Virus record (IMG/VR): IMGVR_UViG_3300045988_070374
Source: a virus
DNA: 59,351 nucleotides
Strand: one strand, 5' to 3'
The notes beneath the pieces are model-generated. The model worked only from the letters and a program-made list of their open reading frames with translations, did not search any database and had not been told where the DNA came from. The position numbers and the translations under genes are program-made. Shown here piece after piece: positions 55,910 through 59,351 of this stretch (positions are counted from its first letter, which is position 1; each line of letters begins with the position of its first letter).

Positions 55910-56088
55910 CAGATATTTCTGAGGTCTCACTTATGTGACCGAATTATATTTACAGAATGTATATATTTTATAAAAAGAGCGATAATTCGTAATGTGAAAA
56001 ATCTGCTTGTAAACTTATTTATTTACATTCTGGGAGCGAACCGCTATCAAATATCACACATCTGTGACACAAATTCAGATATATCTGA
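55910..56088. promoter_or_regulatory. Palindrome-rich intergenic region upstream of the recombinase operon
   Basis: CAGA-TATT-TCTG (55910), TCAC-TTAT-GTGA (55927), TCACA-CATC-TGTGA (56054), TCAGATATATCTGA (56075). Confidence 0.6.
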
Positions 56089-56352
56089 TGCAAATTATAC
56101 AAATTGGGCTGTTGACAACTATATACCAAGCGTCTATAATCTAAGACAGCAGAACACACGATGAATCAGCCAGCAACGGTAGATTTATCCTTTGTGGCAT
56201 AAAAAAATAGGCCGCCAGCCCACCGACCAAAGTAGCGCTGACGACCTATTCCACCACAAAACAGAAGCTGCGCAACCAAGGGCGCAGTCTCGGTTTCTGT
56301 CAATTATTATAGCAGAAGCAGACCGCTTCTGCAATAGAAAGGAGCAAAAAAC

Positions 56353-56517
56353 ATGAACTTTCCCACGACAACCGAAGAATTTCTGAAAACCCTCTCACAC
56401 GGCAAAGAACCGACCAGCGAGGACATGGAGTACGCAGAAGCGCTGGGTAAGCTGTCCGAACTGAACTACCGGGCAGGGTACGAAGCGGGAGCGGCCACCA
56501 AGAACTGCAAAATCTGA
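56353..56517 (+). CDS. small hypothetical protein
   Basis: MNFPTTTEEFLKTLSHGKEPTSEDMEYAEALGKLSELNYRAGYEAG..., read manually with AAAGGAG upstream. Confidence 0.55.
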   Translation: MNFPTTTEEFLKTLSHGKEPTSEDMEYAEALGKLSELNYRAGYEAGAATKNCKI

Positions 56518-56619
56518 TGTCAACACTAGCGAACACAATATCTAGTGTATTTTTGATTGACATTCAGATATTTTGCAGTTACACTTATTGCACAGCAAAA
56601 CGAAAGGGGGTGAATATGT

Positions 56620-56796
56620 ATGAGTAGTCCTTACGCAGAGCGTTACGGTCACACCGTTACCATCAGCGTGACGGAGCGGCAGTTTGCAAGCTTGCAGGAA
56701 TACTGCATCAAGAACCGGGTCTCCATTTCTGCTGCGTTCCGTGAAGCGTTCTTTACGCTGCATCCGATGGATTCAACTAATGAAAACGAAAAATGA
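56620..56796 (+). CDS. small RHH-like protein
   Basis: MSSPYAERYGHTVTISVTERQFASLQEYCIKNRVSISAAFREAF; strong RBS. Confidence 0.6.
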   Translation: MSSPYAERYGHTVTISVTERQFASLQEYCIKNRVSISAAFREAFFTLHPMDSTNENEK

Positions 56797-56844
56797 TACG
56801 TCCGCTGAAGTTTGGCGACAGAAGCGAACGTATCATGTAAACCC

Positions 56845-56894
56845 TGAGAGAAGCATTCTCTCGCCGTTATTATAGCAGAAAATTGCTTCTCTCA
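56845..56894 (+). promoter_or_regulatory. Nested inverted repeats upstream of the antirepressor (possible operator or attenuator)
   Basis: TGAGAGAAGCA (56845) / TGCTTCTCTCA (56884), and alternative GAGAGAA-GCA-TTCTCTC (56846-56862). Confidence 0.65.
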
Positions 56895-56915
56895 CAAGTG
56901 AAAAGGAGCTTTTTA

Positions 56916-57707
56916 ATGCAACTTTCTTTGTCTGAGAACATAAAAATCTTCAACAACGCCGAGTTTGGCGAAATCCGTGTCATGCTCATTGACGATGACC
57001 CTTGGTTTGTTGGCAAGGACATTGCCGCAGCACTTGGGTACGGTGAAGGCAAATCTCTTGCCAACGCCGTTGCAAACCACGTTGACGAAATCGACAAGGG
57101 GGTCACCGAAATGATGACCCCCGGTGGGATGCAGAAAATGGTCATCATCAACGAATCCGGCCTGTACAGTCTGATTTTCAGCAGCAAGCTGGAAAGCGCA
57201 CAGCGGTTCAAGCACTGGGTCACTCACGAGGTCTTGCCGTCCATCCGCAAGCATGGAATGTACATGACCGACAACCTGTTGGAGACGGCTATTGCCAACC
57301 CGGACTTCGTGATCGGGCTGATTCAGAACATGAAGGCCGAAAAGGAAAAGAGCGCAGCATTACAGATGCAGAACAAGCAGCTCTGTGAGAAGAACGAAGA
57401 GATGCAGCCTAAAGCAGACTACTTCGATGACCTTGTTGCATGGAACGTGTCTACCAACTTCCGCTCTACTGCAAAGGAACTGCGTATCCCTGAGCGTTTG
57501 TTCATCAAGATGCTTATTTCTGACGGTTACATCTACCGTGACAAGAGCAAGGGCATCCTGCCGAAAGCTGGCAAGGGTGACGGCCTGTTTGCGGTCAAGG
57601 AATACTGCAACCAGAAGAACAAGCACGGCGGCGTACAGACAAGAGTAACGCCGAAAGGCCGCGAGACGTTCCGTTTGCTCTATGCAAGCATCCGTAGAAA
57701 CGGATAA
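56916..57707 (+). CDS. BRO-N family antirepressor with KilAC-like C-terminal domain
   Basis: IKIFNNAEFGEIRVMLIDDDPWFVGKDIAAALGYGEGKSLANAVANHVDEIDKG; ESGLYSLIFSSKLESAQRFKHWVTHEVLPSIRKHG. Confidence 0.93.
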   Translation: MQLSLSENIKIFNNAEFGEIRVMLIDDDPWFVGKDIAAALGYGEGKSLANAVANHVDEIDKGVTEMMTPGGMQKMVIINESGLYSLIFSSKLESAQRFKHWVTHEVLPSIRKHGMYMTDNLLETAIANPDFVIGLIQNMKAEKEKSAALQMQNKQLCEKNEEMQPKADYFDDLVAWNVSTNFRSTAKELRIPERLFIKMLISDGYIYRDKSKGILPKAGKGDGLFAVKEYCNQKNKHGGVQTRVTPKGRETFRLLYASIRRNG

Positions 57708-57791
57708 GTAACGGTTACTAATTTTATAGTAAACGCTTGTCGATAAGAAAAGCCAGTGGTTAGAGAACATCTAGCCGCTGGCTTTTTGTGT

Positions 57792-58901
57792 TTAATAGAT
57801 TTTTACTGTTTTCCCATCTCTGGTATAGCTTTCAAGTTCACAGCTATAAAAGCTCATTTTTGAATATTCACCAACAAAAGTGATTTCATCGCCGGTATTG
57901 ATTTTCATAATAGCATTTTTTTGGTCTTTGGAGAAGGACGCAAAGAAATAAACCGTTGTGTTCCCGACTTGTCTGACAAGAGTGACTGTCGCACCTCCAA
58001 AAAGATTCGCCAATCCGCTATCGGTCAATCCGTTTACAGTGCCGGTTACACGGTATCTCTTATTCCCGTATGTTTCCTCCGCTCTTACCTCATTCGACTT
58101 ATATTCCTTATAGACAGCATTAAAATCGATATCGGTAACAGCATGCTCAGAAGCAGAGGAACTAGACTTTTTAGGCTTAGAAGAGGACTTGCTCTTTGCT
58201 GATTGCTTTTCGGATTCTGCTCTAATAGCGGCGTTCCGCTCTTCTTCCTTCGCCTTTTCAGATGCAGACTGTTCCTTTGATGCTGGCTCTTCTTTCTTGG
58301 AGTTGGCCATCTCTGCCGCTAAACGCTCGCTTTCGGCTTTTATCGCCGCGTTACGTTCATCTTCTGCCTTTTTAGAATCTGATGCTGCTTTGTTTTCTGC
58401 TTCTTCTTTAATGCGTTTGGATTCTGCATCCTTGCTGGCCGCTGCTTCACACTCGGCTTGCTTTTGCCGTTCTGCTTCGGCTTTGCTACTCGCCGCCGCT
58501 GCCGATGATGCAGCCTTTTCAATTTCTCTTGCTTCTGATTCTGCTGCTCTTTGAGCTGCTGCCGCCTTATCGTATGGGAGCATCATTCCAACAATGAACA
58601 ACACAAAAACAACTATCAATACGAGCAAATCTTTCTTGCAATGATACTTTTCGTGTTTGATGACAGATTTTAAGAATCCCCATACCACTTTTACGATATA
58701 GCAAAAGCAGATGAGCATGAAAGCGATGCCGATGTTTCGTGCATCCCTTTGAGATGCAGCATAGCATACGCCAAAGCCAATGTATGCCGCTATCATCCAA
58801 TACCATGTTTTCTTGTTTGGCTTTCCTCTGATTGCGTTGATAGCACAGCAAAAGCTAAGAACGAATCCAGCGAGCATAAGAATGATGCTTATATTATCCA
58901 T
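57792..58901 (-). CDS. Membrane protein with long Ala/Lys/Glu/Ser linker and C-terminal OB-fold-like (tRNA_anti-like) domain
   Basis: N-terminal TM helices; low-complexity coiled coil; C-terminal VYKEYKSNEVRAEETYGNKRYRVTGTVNGLTDSG. Confidence 0.7.
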   Translation of the reverse strand: MDNISIILMLAGFVLSFCCAINAIRGKPNKKTWYWMIAAYIGFGVCYAASQRDARNIGIAFMLICFCYIVKVVWGFLKSVIKHEKYHCKKDLLVLIVVFVLFIVGMMLPYDKAAAAQRAAESEAREIEKAASSAAAASSKAEAERQKQAECEAAASKDAESKRIKEEAENKAASDSKKAEDERNAAIKAESERLAAEMANSKKEEPASKEQSASEKAKEEERNAAIRAESEKQSAKSKSSSKPKKSSSSASEHAVTDIDFNAVYKEYKSNEVRAEETYGNKRYRVTGTVNGLTDSGLANLFGGATVTLVRQVGNTTVYFFASFSKDQKNAIMKINTGDEITFVGEYSKMSFYSCELESYTRDGKTVKIY

Positions 58902-59276
58902 TTGAGATTCCCCTTTCCTTCGGTCAAGTATACCACATCTAAGACCTCGAAAGGGGTCTTTTTGTATTTTTCGGAATTTTTGGAGACTTGCACAATCGGA
59001 TGGGTTCTGATTTGTGAAGAAGGGGTGGGTCTTTTTTATTTTTTCGGTGGTTGAGAGACTGACCGGGAGGGGCTGGGCGGCGGCTATATGCCCCGCCGGT
59101 GACCCTTGCCCACTCCAGCGCACCCGGAACGACGGCACACGACAGGCAGCAGGGCAGACCATGCCAAAAACCAGAGCGGACAAGCGTTAGTGCAGACCGA
59201 CGCCCAAACGCTGGACTGCTTGCGCAGTGCGTCCGAAACTGAGCAAAAGCGGACAGCCCAAAACCTCAAAAATAAA

Positions 59277-59292
59277 TACGCAAAAAAGCGTA
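59277..59292. promoter_or_regulatory. Additional operator-like inverted repeat at the circle junction
   Basis: TACGC-AAAAAA-GCGTA, directly upstream of the TTGACA promoter. Confidence 0.75.
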
Positions 59293-59296
59293 AATA

Positions 59297-59351
59297 CCTA
59301 TTGACATTTACGCAAGAAAGCGTATAATACAATCAGACGCAAGAAAGCGTA
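59297..59351. repeat. Second copy of the 55-bp terminal repeat
   Basis: Exact match to 1..55. Confidence 0.97.

Noticed and set aside
1-59351. CRISPR arrays
   Set aside because: No regularly spaced 25-40 bp repeats with unique spacers; the repeat clusters found (1995-2977, 23454-23551) are short protein-binding-site-like motifs.
1-59351. Canonical toxin-antitoxin pair or known defence system
   Set aside because: Small RHH/HTH-like proteins (54308..54520, 56620..56796) are present, but I found no recognisable toxin partner.

Overview
The window looks like one complete, circular, temperate siphovirus-type genome of about 59.3 kb. The first 55 bp are repeated exactly as the last 55 bp. It appears to be a phage-plasmid: alongside terminase, portal, capsid, tail, tape-measure and lysis genes it carries a Rep_3-type plasmid initiator behind a textbook 22-bp iteron array, a ParA with a downstream RHH-like partner, and a small serine recombinase. 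I see no tyrosine integrase. It also carries what looks like a full diversity-generating retroelement (DGR): RT, TR, Avd-like protein and a VR at the 3' end of a tail-associated gene. I aligned TR and VR by eye: 120 bp, 12 mismatches, 11 of them at TR adenines on the coding strand, with a 10-bp-stem/4-nt-loop hairpin just past the VR. Other notable items are a ~1 kb non-coding block with ~13 ATAGTCGTA-like sites next to a run of ~10-bp-spaced G-tracts, an iterated TACGC-N6-GCGTA operator embedded in a strong promoter at the circle junction, a circularly permuted C5-cytosine methyltransferase, seven scattered DUF551-like small proteins, two antirepressors, a tRNA-Met and a tRNA-like element between terL and portal, and a probable frameshifted HTH gene. 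Family names come from reading the translations and motifs. No database search was run.
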